36,493 nucleotides of DNA from Sedimentisphaerales bacterium (GTDB lineage: Bacteria; Planctomycetota; Phycisphaerae; Sedimentisphaerales; SM23-30): positions 1 to 36,493 of the forward strand of contig CAXXFK010000039.1 of NCBI GenBank assembly GCA_963663965.2. The letters run 5' to 3'. The notes beneath the pieces are model-generated. The model was not told where the DNA came from, searched no databases, and saw only the letters and a list, made by a program, of their open reading frames with translations. Below are positions 25,504 to 34,622 of this stretch, piece after piece. Position 1 is the stretch's first letter. Each line of letters begins with the position of its first letter. Both the position numbers and the translations under genes were made by a program.

Positions 25504-28296
25504 ATGAAAAGGAAATGTTCTGGTTTAATGATCGTTTTGTGGCTGGCGTTTCCGATTTCGGTATGGGGAGCCGGGTTGGATACGATCGTTTCGGACGATT
25601 TTGAAGATGGTAACCGGGATGGCTGGTTTAAAAGCAATGACGCTTCGTCTTATGAACTGGCGGTTGCCGAAGATCCGAATCTTGGCACGGGGAAAGCGTT
25701 GCTCCTGACCAACACCAGCACCACGGGCCGGTTTCTGATTTGTCCGTTTGATCCTATCGTCTTGCAAAACCCGGGCGAAACGATCCAGGTCAGTATTGAT
25801 GTCCGGGCCACGACGGCCACATCCAGTACAACCGGTTTTCGACTGGGCCTGATGAATTCCAATGGCACGCCGCTGATCGTGGATGAGACAGGTAAGGCCA
25901 TCACCGATGATGACTATGGCTATTTTATTCGTATGGCGGTCGCGCCCGGTTCGGGTACGCTACAGATTTGGGACGATCCGGGCGTCAGTACAGTAGCCGG
26001 CGGCAGCAATATCGCCAAATGTGCAGAGACAAGTTCGAATTACGCGCTGGATGGCAATAAGCATTCGTTTGTTTTCAGAGTCACACGGCTGGCGGATGGC
26101 TCCGGCATGCAGTGGGATCTGGTTTATGATGGCGAAAAGATCATTGACAGCGTCAGCGGTGATTCCGATTCACCCGTAACTGAGTTTGATGAATTTGTAC
26201 TGGCTTCAGGCGCCAATGGTGTCGATTTTGCCGTGGATAATGTCGTGATTCAGACCGAAACGGTGCCTCTGGTCGATGCCGGCCCGCAATATCTTATTGG
26301 GCCTTTCTCCGGTATCCAACTGCAAGGCTTGACCGACGCAACCAATCCGACGATTCAATGGATTCAACTGGATGCACCGGCTGAACCGAATGTGGTCTTT
26401 AATGATCCTGAAGTCCTCGATCCAATTATTACAGTCGATGAGCCGGGTATTTATACTCTGCGTATGACTGTCAGTGTCGGGAATTTTACCGGTTACGATG
26501 ACATCACAGTCCGGGTCAAGCCCGATGACCTGATCCATGCCCTTCAGGCTCACTGGAAATTTGACGGCAACAGCAGCGATCCCGACGATTATTATTACAA
26601 AATGACCAGCGTCACCGGCACGCCGCAATTGGTTACGGTTGGCAGCGGCTATCGCTGCGGCACGGCGCTGGAACTGAAAAAAGGGGACATTCTCAATTAT
26701 GGTCCCGCTGTAGGCGGTGATACCAGCGTATCCATTGCGTTCCGGTTTAAACCGGCCGCGGATGTCGGCGATGAAGGGATCGGGATTATCAGCAAATACT
26801 CCAGTGTCAGTGCTGATCCTCATGGCGGCTGGACGGTACAATACCGCAACGATGCGGATCTGCGGTTCCGGATTTCTTCGGGGTGGAACAACGGTACCGG
26901 CGATCTGAAGATTGTGGGCTCATTCCCGCCCGGCCAGTGGACCCATGTGGTGGGTACTTTCGATGAGACCACCGGCGAAATGAACTTTTATGTTAATGGT
27001 GAATTAACGGATACACGTACTACCAGTCAGACCTCATTAGATCTGGTAACCGACTTGAAGATTGGCGGCGAGAACTGGTCCGGTCTGGTTGATGAAGTGT
27101 ATCTCTATGACTATGCTATTAACGCGGAGCAGGTATACGAATTGTACGGCGCCTGTCAGAATGTTCCACCGCTGGTCAATGTAATCGAAGAGCAGGTCAA
27201 GGCAATTCTGCCGCAGGATACGGTTATACTGCATGGCGAAGTGGCCGATGATGATGAGACGACGGTAGCCTGGTCGGTAGTTGACAATTCGGTAGGCGCC
27301 CAGATCACCTTCGGTTCTCCTGACGCGCTCGAAACCACCGCTCAGTTCAGTATGCCGGGTAACTATACCCTCAAACTGACCGCCACCGACAGCGAAGGAT
27401 TAAGCAACAGCGACACGGTTGTTGTTAAAATCCGGCCGGAAGACTTCGACGGTCTCGAAGCCCATATCACTTTTAATTTTACCGATCCCAATTCGCTTGA
27501 TCCCAACAGCGCCCTTGGCAGCAGTGTTTATTACGGCGCGACCATCGGCGGCGCTCCCGGTGTTACGGCGGGTATCGATCCCAATATTCCGACCGACCGG
27601 GCGGTTCGACTGGATGGGCAAAATGACTTCCTGGATTATGGCAAATACCTGGGTTCCGATCCGGCCTGCACGATTGCCATGTGGATCAAGCCCGAAAACT
27701 TGGTCGGTGGTAACCAGTTCCCTGCCGGGAAATGGTCCGGCGACAGCAGCGGCAAGGGTTGGATGTTCCGTCTGCGTGAGGCCGATAATATATCGGCAAT
27801 GGTCGGCAGCAAGTTTGACGGCCCCGGCGTCTTTCTTCAGGCGCCTGGCGCCATCTCACTGGTTGACGGCGTATGGGTACATATCGCACTGACCTTTGAT
27901 GGCGACACCTTCAATCTTTATCAGAACGGCGCTCTGGTTCGGAGGGCAACCGGTCTGGAGTTTTCTACGGATGATCTGGTCACTCCGATGGTGCTGGGGT
28001 ATCGTTCCATTACCAGCACTGAGTTTTTTGGTGGCGTTATTGACGAGGTTCGTATTTATGATTATGCGTTGACACCGGACGCGATCAAGGCGATCTATGC
28101 TGCCGACGGCGGCGATCCGTGGGTGACCTGTACCGCGGGTATCGCCAGCGACCTGACCGGTGATTGCCGGGTCGATCTGCGCGACTACGCGTTATTGACC
28201 GGCGACTGGCAGCAAGCTTACACCGTCAATGATCTTTCGCTGATGGCGACGAATTGGCTGGATTGTGACGATCTGGATCTGGCTAACTGTCAGTAA
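25504..28296 (+). CDS. Secreted protein: lectin-like domain + 2x (PKD/Ig-like + LamG jelly-roll) + dockerin-like C-terminus
   Basis: Signal peptide. PKD-like VDAGP...W.Q...PGIYTLR.TV and FSMPGNYTLKLTATD. LamG AHWKFDG...WTHVVGTFD..FYVNG...G.VDEV..YDYA, found twice. C-terminal DLTGDCRVD..D...WLDC. Confidence 0.85.
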   Translation: MKRKCSGLMIVLWLAFPISVWGAGLDTIVSDDFEDGNRDGWFKSNDASSYELAVAEDPNLGTGKALLLTNTSTTGRFLICPFDPIVLQNPGETIQVSIDVRATTATSSTTGFRLGLMNSNGTPLIVDETGKAITDDDYGYFIRMAVAPGSGTLQIWDDPGVSTVAGGSNIAKCAETSSNYALDGNKHSFVFRVTRLADGSGMQWDLVYDGEKIIDSVSGDSDSPVTEFDEFVLASGANGVDFAVDNVVIQTETVPLVDAGPQYLIGPFSGIQLQGLTDATNPTIQWIQLDAPAEPNVVFNDPEVLDPIITVDEPGIYTLRMTVSVGNFTGYDDITVRVKPDDLIHALQAHWKFDGNSSDPDDYYYKMTSVTGTPQLVTVGSGYRCGTALELKKGDILNYGPAVGGDTSVSIAFRFKPAADVGDEGIGIISKYSSVSADPHGGWTVQYRNDADLRFRISSGWNNGTGDLKIVGSFPPGQWTHVVGTFDETTGEMNFYVNGELTDTRTTSQTSLDLVTDLKIGGENWSGLVDEVYLYDYAINAEQVYELYGACQNVPPLVNVIEEQVKAILPQDTVILHGEVADDDETTVAWSVVDNSVGAQITFGSPDALETTAQFSMPGNYTLKLTATDSEGLSNSDTVVVKIRPEDFDGLEAHITFNFTDPNSLDPNSALGSSVYYGATIGGAPGVTAGIDPNIPTDRAVRLDGQNDFLDYGKYLGSDPACTIAMWIKPENLVGGNQFPAGKWSGDSSGKGWMFRLREADNISAMVGSKFDGPGVFLQAPGAISLVDGVWVHIALTFDGDTFNLYQNGALVRRATGLEFSTDDLVTPMVLGYRSITSTEFFGGVIDEVRIYDYALTPDAIKAIYAADGGDPWVTCTAGIASDLTGDCRVDLRDYALLTGDWQQAYTVNDLSLMATNWLDCDDLDLANCQ

Positions 28297-28317
28297 AGAT
28301 ATTGTTCAAAATGAATC

Positions 28318-28353
28318 AGGCAGGTCCCGGGATTTAACCGGGGCCTGTCTTTA
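28318..28353 (+). terminator. Hairpin between the LamG gene and the prepilin gene (weak terminator or mRNA stabiliser)
   Basis: AGGCAGGTCCCGG-N7-CCGGGGCCTGTCT with a short T tail. Confidence 0.55.
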
Positions 28354-28379
28354 TAACGGTTTCATTCAGGTATACAAAG

Positions 28380-29210
28380 ATGAATGAAAAACACCTGGCC
28401 GATAAAACTTTTCATTACGGATTTACCCTGATTGAACTGCTGGTGGTGATTTCGATCATTGCCATACTAATGGCGATATTAATACCCGCTATGGGTCGGG
28501 CGCGTGAAATGGCCCGCAAGACAGTCTGTCTGACAAATTTAAAGACACTGGGTGATGTTTCGGTCATGTACGCCTCCGATCAGAAGGATTTACTGCCGTT
28601 CAATTATTCGGTTGGGACTAGTAATGGGGTACCGGGGTATATGAACTATACCCTGAAATGGCATACCGATATTCCGGGATATGATACGCCCTGGCTGAAT
28701 CATGGTCTGTTGTTTGGGCGGGGCTATCTGAAGGAACCGGAAGTCTATTATTGTCCCACGCAGAAGAATGATCCGCGCTATGCCTATGAAACCCATTTTG
28801 TCCGTGGGCAGTTACGGCCATTGGCAGAGCGGTCGGCGATCCTGAAAGCCAGTCGCTGGGGCGCGGAACTGTCTGATGACCAACTGGACCGGGTGCGCGG
28901 GTCTTATATCGCCAGAAATTTCAATCCGGCGTTGAAAACCATCAGTAATTATAACGATCCGGAAGCACGTAAGATCAAATACGGCGGTCAGTACGCTTAT
29001 CTGGCGGATCGCTGGACTTTTGGCAGTTCCGGAGTTCACGATAAGCAGTTCTATAACGTACTCTACAGCGATTGTCATGTTGCCACTATCAGTGATTATC
29101 TGGCACGCATCAGCCAATTGGGCGAAGGGATTATTCCTGCCGATCTTGATCCAACCCGGTTTCAGACCTGGTCAGATGGCTGGCGGTTATTCGACCAGGG
29201 AGAATTTTAG
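28380..29210 (+). CDS. Prepilin-type N-terminal cleavage/methylation protein (DUF1559-like, H-X9-DG class variant)
   Basis: [31 protein letters not shown]...VC..NLK, YYCP, and C-terminal H....NVLY.DCHV. Confidence 0.9.
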   Translation: MNEKHLADKTFHYGFTLIELLVVISIIAILMAILIPAMGRAREMARKTVCLTNLKTLGDVSVMYASDQKDLLPFNYSVGTSNGVPGYMNYTLKWHTDIPGYDTPWLNHGLLFGRGYLKEPEVYYCPTQKNDPRYAYETHFVRGQLRPLAERSAILKASRWGAELSDDQLDRVRGSYIARNFNPALKTISNYNDPEARKIKYGGQYAYLADRWTFGSSGVHDKQFYNVLYSDCHVATISDYLARISQLGEGIIPADLDPTRFQTWSDGWRLFDQGEF

Positions 29211-29212
29211 AC

Positions 29213-29246
29213 AAAAAAAAGGCGTCATGAAACGATCATGACGCCT
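29213..29246 (-). terminator. Intrinsic terminator of the alpha-2-macroglobulin gene (between convergent genes)
   Basis: Perfect 11-bp stem AGGCGTCATGA-N5-TCATGACGCCT with an A8 run on the left, which is a T run on the minus strand. Confidence 0.85.
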
Positions 29247-29264
29247 GAATGAAATGGGGGTCTT

Positions 29265-32200
29265 TTATTGCTGATTGACGGTCAGGGCGACCGGTTGACT
29301 TTCGGCTCTGATATCGGGATTGTAATATTCGTAAACCACCGACTTCTGCGTCTGGGCCTTGAGCGGGTATTTGGCCAGCAGTTGGTAGCTGACGGTAACG
29401 GGTTGTTTATTATCCACTTCACGGAGATAGATAATAATCTGGCGGCCGGTGGTGTTGTATTTTTCTATCGCACTGCTTTCCACCAGTTTATCCAGTTTAT
29501 CGGCGATCAGGGTAAAGCCCGGCGGCAGGCCGAGGTCGATCATGACCATTTTGGCTTTGCCCGGCCGGTTGTTGGTGATCGTCGCAGTGGCTGTGATGAT
29601 ATCGTTGGTGGCCAGTTCGGTCCGGTCATATACCAGTTTGATTGACATGGGTTCTTCAACGATGCGTGGTCGGTCCGGCCAGGGCAGGTAATAGCGGCCG
29701 ACGACCTGGTACATCATGGACCCTTCACCTTTAAAATCGATTGCGATCTGGTGATCGCCGGTTTGGGTCTGGTCTTTAAGGTCCACCAGTTGCAGGACAT
29801 CACTGTTGGATTCATTGACGGTCAGAGTTTTCATGGGTTTGCCGTTCAGGCTGATGGTAATCGAGGCGCTGGTTTTCTGGGTGGCGCCGCTTTCGGCCAT
29901 GAGCATGGCGCGTAAGGACTGGATGGTGGCCTGGGTCGATTGCCAGGAGCCGAACGAGTCCTTGTTTTTAACCAGGTAGCTGACGGCTTTGCCGACTGTG
30001 CCGAATTCCCGGCCGCAACGGATAAAGGCCTGGATCGCCAGTGCGGTGGTTTCGATATCGCCAGAGAGACCGGTGCCATTGGTGGGGGTGGCTTTGTCGG
30101 TTTCCCACCAGACCAGGTCATCTTTTTCTTTACGCAGGTCGTGCAGGGTACGCAGGGTATCGAGGGTGGTCTTGTCTTCCGGATCGAGAGTCGCCAGGGC
30201 GTTGACGACCAGGGTGCGGGTGAAGACATCTTTCATGTCATCCAGATGATTGCGGATGTATTGCGCACCTTTTTGGACGGCGTTGCCTTTGTAACCCGTG
30301 GAGGCCAGTGCCCAGGTGATATAGGCAGTATTCCGCAGCAGGTCATCGGTATATTTGTTGATGGCGCCTTCAGCGATGCCGCCTTCGGAGGGTTTCCAGG
30401 AGCCATCTTGTTCCTGCTGTTTAACCAGCCAGTACTGGGTGCGGGCGATAATGGCCGGATCGACCTGGTAAACTTTGCTCATATCGTAAAATTCCATCAG
30501 GCCATAGGCAGTCAGGATTTTGTGGGCGGGCGCTTTGCCGAACCATTCGAAACCACCGCCGGGTACTTCGAATGAAACCAGGCGCTGATAGCCGTTATTG
30601 ATAAAGCCTTCCGCTTTCATTTGCAGTTCCGGGGTGATCTTGCCGGTGGTCTTCATGTAATCCAGAATCAGGATATTGGGATACGTGCTTGACGAGGTCT
30701 GTTCAAAACATCCGCCCGGCATCCGCAACATGCCATCCAGTCCTTCAACGATCTGGCTGAGTACACCGGGGTACACTTTGACGAAAATCTTACTGGCGCC
30801 TTCGATGGCGGAATCCGGGATCAGGATCGTATGAGTGGCTGTGTCTTTCAGGCGGCCGTTGTAGCTGAGAATGCATTCTTTGCCGTCCGGGACAATCTCC
30901 ACCTGACGGGCAACCGCATCACTTTTGCTGCTGCCCCGGGCAGTGATGGTAAAGGTCTGGTAGCCGACTTTCTTAGCGATGATGGGGAAGTAGACCGCAC
31001 GGACCTCTTCGGGATCGAGGGTGACCTGCATATGATCGAGCCCCTGTAATTCGAACCAGGGCTCTTTAGTGACCTCCAGTTCGATCGTCTGGCGGGCATC
31101 GAGATAGTTATAGATGGCGACCGGGACATGGATCAGGTCATTCTGGGTGAGCGCTACCGGGAAATCGATATCGACGAAGAATTCCTGGAAGACTCGCAAT
31201 GGGGCAGTGGTGGAACCGAGTTGGCCGGTTGCGGTTGAGGCCAGGGTGGACAGCCGCCAGGTGGTAATCGAATCGGCCAGGGGAATATTCAGTACCGCGT
31301 TGCCGCGGCGGTCGGTAATGACCGCCGGATTGAAATATAGGGTTTCGGGAAAATAGTTGCGGACACGAACGGGTTGCGAACCACCGGCTCTGTCGAATAT
31401 TGAGCTGGTAGATTTTTCGCGTTTCGCTTCAAAGGTCGCTTCCATGGGCATGGCCATATCGAAGACAACCGCTTCGTTGGCAACTATCCCGGGTTCTAAG
31501 CCGCCGCCCATACCACCCATGCCTCCCATTCCAAATCCACGTTGTCGCATCTGCCTGAACCACTGATTTTTACGCAGATTACCATCTTTATCGTTCAGGG
31601 CAACTGACATGAATTCATCAGTCGAGAAGTCGTCTATGGTATTCCACTGGCCATCCAGACCGGCCGATTTTAATGTGAATCCGTGATAGTTGCGGCAGTT
31701 GGTACACCAGTTGCCTTCGAGAGTCATGGCTGTACCCCAGGGATCGACTCCATTTTGCTTTGTCAGAAAATCTTCCTTGATCAAAGTATCCAGGGTGACG
31801 CCGGTTTCAATCGTATCTTGTTTGTGTCTGGCCGAGTATTTTTCCAGGGCTTTGAAGATGGCTTCGTATTTTTTACTCATGGGATCAGCGAAACGGGCCA
31901 GGTATTTACCTTTCATAGCGGTGAGTTTATTGTCCCGCTCCAGGGTATTGACGTTCAGACTGAATTCGTCGACGCCTTCGGCCGAGGCTAACAGTACCCG
32001 GGCGGCAGTGTCGCGGTTCTGGCCGATGACTTCCGGGGTCAGGGGCCGGGGTTTCAGACAGTCATCCAGATCCCAGCCGTGGACTTCGTAGCGCGGGGTG
32101 GCGATTTCTTTTTCCAGATAGAAATAGATTTTTTCCAGTCCGGGCTGCATTTCCTGCAGGGCGAAGACCGCTTCATCCACGACCATGACACCCAGGGCGC

Positions 32201-34199
32201 CAGCGACGCCTTTATTGCGTTTGTCTGTGATTTTGAATTTCAGGCGAGCCTGTTCCGCGGGCAGGTAGCTATCCTGATCAGCGGTGATTTTTATTTTCAG
32301 GTCGTTGGCCGGATCGACAATGACCAGCCGTTTATCGCGTACGATCACACCGTTGGCGCCGATGAGCCAGGCATTGATCTGGATAGTGCCGGCATGGATG
32401 GCATCGAGAGTGAGGGTATCATGGGCGCGGCCGCCGACCAGTTCCAGTGAGCGGGTCAGGGTAGTTTGTTTGTCTTTGATCACATCCAGATAGATAATAC
32501 CCTGTTGACGGGTGGAGAAGATAGACAGGTTGACCGGTTCACCCACTTGATAAAGCGCTTTATCGGATCGAAGCAGAACCTGTTCATCGGCGGCGGCTTT
32601 GTGTTTCAGTTCGATACTGGCTTTACCACGCTGGCCCCGGGTGTCCTGAGCGGACAGTTCCAGCTTCAATAGTTCTGAATCTTCAGGTTTTAAATTGATT
32701 TCGCCGAAACCGGCGGTGTCAGTTTCGAGGGTATTATTCTGGTCGCCAGTCTTAATTGTCACTTTACAACTGGCCGGTGTGGCGTCGGCGTAGGTGGTGA
32801 CGATATAGATTTTGTTTTCCAGATTGGGGATCAGATCGCCGGCTTCGGGTATGGCGGTAACCAGAATGGGATTGGCGGTGACCGAGATGTTTTTGGTGAT
32901 GGTTTCTTTATGATCGGCAGTATCGATCACCGATACTTCAAATTTGGCCGAGGCTTTGCCTGCTTCCAGTGGCTGGCCGACGAAATGTTCAGGTAATTTT
33001 ACTTCAAAGGAGTAATGGCCCTGGTCATCGGTTTTGCCTTCGATCTGCTGGAAGTCGGTGTATTCCAGATCAAATTTGGCGCATTGGATGGAAACTTTGC
33101 CGCTGCTGACCGGTTTACCGAAGAAATAATCAACCTGGATTTCACCTTTGACCGTTTCTCCAGGTTGGTAGAAGGGCTTGTCGGTATCAAGTTTGACTTT
33201 GAATTTGGGCAGGACATATCTGGCGACGGTGACGGTTTTTTCTTCCGTCGCGCCGGCGGCCATGGCCCGTATTTTCCATGCGCCCATATTCAGTTCATCG
33301 GCCAGGACAAAATCGACACTGGCGATACCAAAATCATCGCTCTGAATGTTCTTTTTGAATACCTTGTTGCCTTTGGCGTCTTCCACTTCGAAGATGACAG
33401 CCGTGTTGGCCAGGGCCGTCATTTGGGGGCGTTGTAGTGATAATGACCGGATATGGATAATCTGGCCGGGTTGATAGAGCGGTTTATCGGTGGTTAGCAT
33501 TGTCCGGGTGGCGCTGACAATCTGGATCGATTCTTCGACGACATCGGTGGACTTACCTGATTTGACTTCGACCTTCAATTTGGCATCTTTTCCGTCTTGT
33601 TTGGGGATATTCAAGGTAACCAGCAGTTCGCCTTCGGCATCGGTCTGGCCGGTCTCTTGACGACAAGGGAAATCCTTTATATTACCCAGATTAATATAAA
33701 GGGTGGTAGTGACCTGGGCGTTGGGGATGGGATTGCCGCTGGAGCGGTCTTTAACCATAACCCGAATAACAGCCTCTGATCTGGACATATACTCGCGCTG
33801 GCCAAGTACGGTTGTTTGCAGTACTTCACTTAGAAAGACCAGACTGCGTTTCTGAAAAGATTCATTGGTATCGTAACGATATTTGAGATAATAGCCGGCC
33901 GCATCTTTGTCTTTTATAATCGCGGAGAAATTAATTTTTGTGGGCCCACCTTCATGCCGCTTCATTACCTTGGCTATCAGCCGATCTTCGATATCGTAAA
34001 GTTCCGCTTCGATCAGGCCGGATTTACTGGTGGGGGGCTGAATTTCCACGGTGATGCCGTCATCTCTGATGTCAACCAGGGAGAGTTTTTCGGGGGTGGC
34101 TTCGCCGGCGGCGTACACCAGCGCTATAAGCGAGGTTGTAACACATAACGACAGGATGGATAATAAGACAATACGACTGCGCTTGCTGGTAACGAACAT
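29265..34199 (-). CDS. Alpha-2-macroglobulin / thioester-containing protein with internal GspG-like insert
   Basis: MG domains (TDKPLYQPGQ, YVLPKF, TDKPFYQPGE, SDKALYQVGE), VVDEAVF, VRNYFPET, DSITTW, FQEFFVD, thioester GGCFEQ (30699-30710 for CFEQ), GGFEWFG, LTAY, ETTALA, STQAT, VYEYYNP. Sec-type signal peptide. Confidence 0.93.
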   Translation of the reverse strand: MFVTSKRSRIVLLSILSLCVTTSLIALVYAAGEATPEKLSLVDIRDDGITVEIQPPTSKSGLIEAELYDIEDRLIAKVMKRHEGGPTKINFSAIIKDKDAAGYYLKYRYDTNESFQKRSLVFLSEVLQTTVLGQREYMSRSEAVIRVMVKDRSSGNPIPNAQVTTTLYINLGNIKDFPCRQETGQTDAEGELLVTLNIPKQDGKDAKLKVEVKSGKSTDVVEESIQIVSATRTMLTTDKPLYQPGQIIHIRSLSLQRPQMTALANTAVIFEVEDAKGNKVFKKNIQSDDFGIASVDFVLADELNMGAWKIRAMAAGATEEKTVTVARYVLPKFKVKLDTDKPFYQPGETVKGEIQVDYFFGKPVSSGKVSIQCAKFDLEYTDFQQIEGKTDDQGHYSFEVKLPEHFVGQPLEAGKASAKFEVSVIDTADHKETITKNISVTANPILVTAIPEAGDLIPNLENKIYIVTTYADATPASCKVTIKTGDQNNTLETDTAGFGEINLKPEDSELLKLELSAQDTRGQRGKASIELKHKAAADEQVLLRSDKALYQVGEPVNLSIFSTRQQGIIYLDVIKDKQTTLTRSLELVGGRAHDTLTLDAIHAGTIQINAWLIGANGVIVRDKRLVIVDPANDLKIKITADQDSYLPAEQARLKFKITDKRNKGVAGALGVMVVDEAVFALQEMQPGLEKIYFYLEKEIATPRYEVHGWDLDDCLKPRPLTPEVIGQNRDTAARVLLASAEGVDEFSLNVNTLERDNKLTAMKGKYLARFADPMSKKYEAIFKALEKYSARHKQDTIETGVTLDTLIKEDFLTKQNGVDPWGTAMTLEGNWCTNCRNYHGFTLKSAGLDGQWNTIDDFSTDEFMSVALNDKDGNLRKNQWFRQMRQRGFGMGGMGGMGGGLEPGIVANEAVVFDMAMPMEATFEAKREKSTSSIFDRAGGSQPVRVRNYFPETLYFNPAVITDRRGNAVLNIPLADSITTWRLSTLASTATGQLGSTTAPLRVFQEFFVDIDFPVALTQNDLIHVPVAIYNYLDARQTIELEVTKEPWFELQGLDHMQVTLDPEEVRAVYFPIIAKKVGYQTFTITARGSSKSDAVARQVEIVPDGKECILSYNGRLKDTATHTILIPDSAIEGASKIFVKVYPGVLSQIVEGLDGMLRMPGGCFEQTSSSTYPNILILDYMKTTGKITPELQMKAEGFINNGYQRLVSFEVPGGGFEWFGKAPAHKILTAYGLMEFYDMSKVYQVDPAIIARTQYWLVKQQEQDGSWKPSEGGIAEGAINKYTDDLLRNTAYITWALASTGYKGNAVQKGAQYIRNHLDDMKDVFTRTLVVNALATLDPEDKTTLDTLRTLHDLRKEKDDLVWWETDKATPTNGTGLSGDIETTALAIQAFIRCGREFGTVGKAVSYLVKNKDSFGSWQSTQATIQSLRAMLMAESGATQKTSASITISLNGKPMKTLTVNESNSDVLQLVDLKDQTQTGDHQIAIDFKGEGSMMYQVVGRYYLPWPDRPRIVEEPMSIKLVYDRTELATNDIITATATITNNRPGKAKMVMIDLGLPPGFTLIADKLDKLVESSAIEKYNTTGRQIIIYLREVDNKQPVTVSYQLLAKYPLKAQTQKSVVYEYYNPDIRAESQPVALTVNQQ

Positions 34200-34412
34200 G
34201 ATTGAGCCTCCATTTCGGTGGGGTAAAATTGAATGCGTCTCTATTGATAAACCTTTAGAGCTTTCAGTCCTATTATAGTTGCGTAAAAGTCGTGTAAACC
34301 AGATTTAACAAAAATGTTGGGCGGTTTGTTAAGTGAAAAGTGAAAATTGGGTTCGTTTGGTACTGATAGCTACTAGGGGAGATATGATAGATAGTCTGTC
34401 TGTGTATTTGTG

Positions 34413-34437
34413 TAAAGTGTTGTAAATCAAAGACATA
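34413..34437. promoter_or_regulatory. Near-match to the 25-bp palindromic motif
   Basis: TAA AGTG TTG TAAAT CAA AGAC ATA (CAA in the inner arm, ATA in the outer arm). Confidence 0.35.
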
Positions 34438-34622
34438 TGCTTGTTTGAGCTTCTTGTCAACAAAATAATAAACACTGTGTATTGTAATAATTGGGGGCTG
34501 GTTACAGATTTTATATTGGTTATAAACTGGCTTATATTGATGAGTTAAAGTATAAAAGTATGCATAAAGTATTTGAGATAATATGCTTAAATTGAATTAA
34601 GATCAGCTTAAGGGGATCAACC

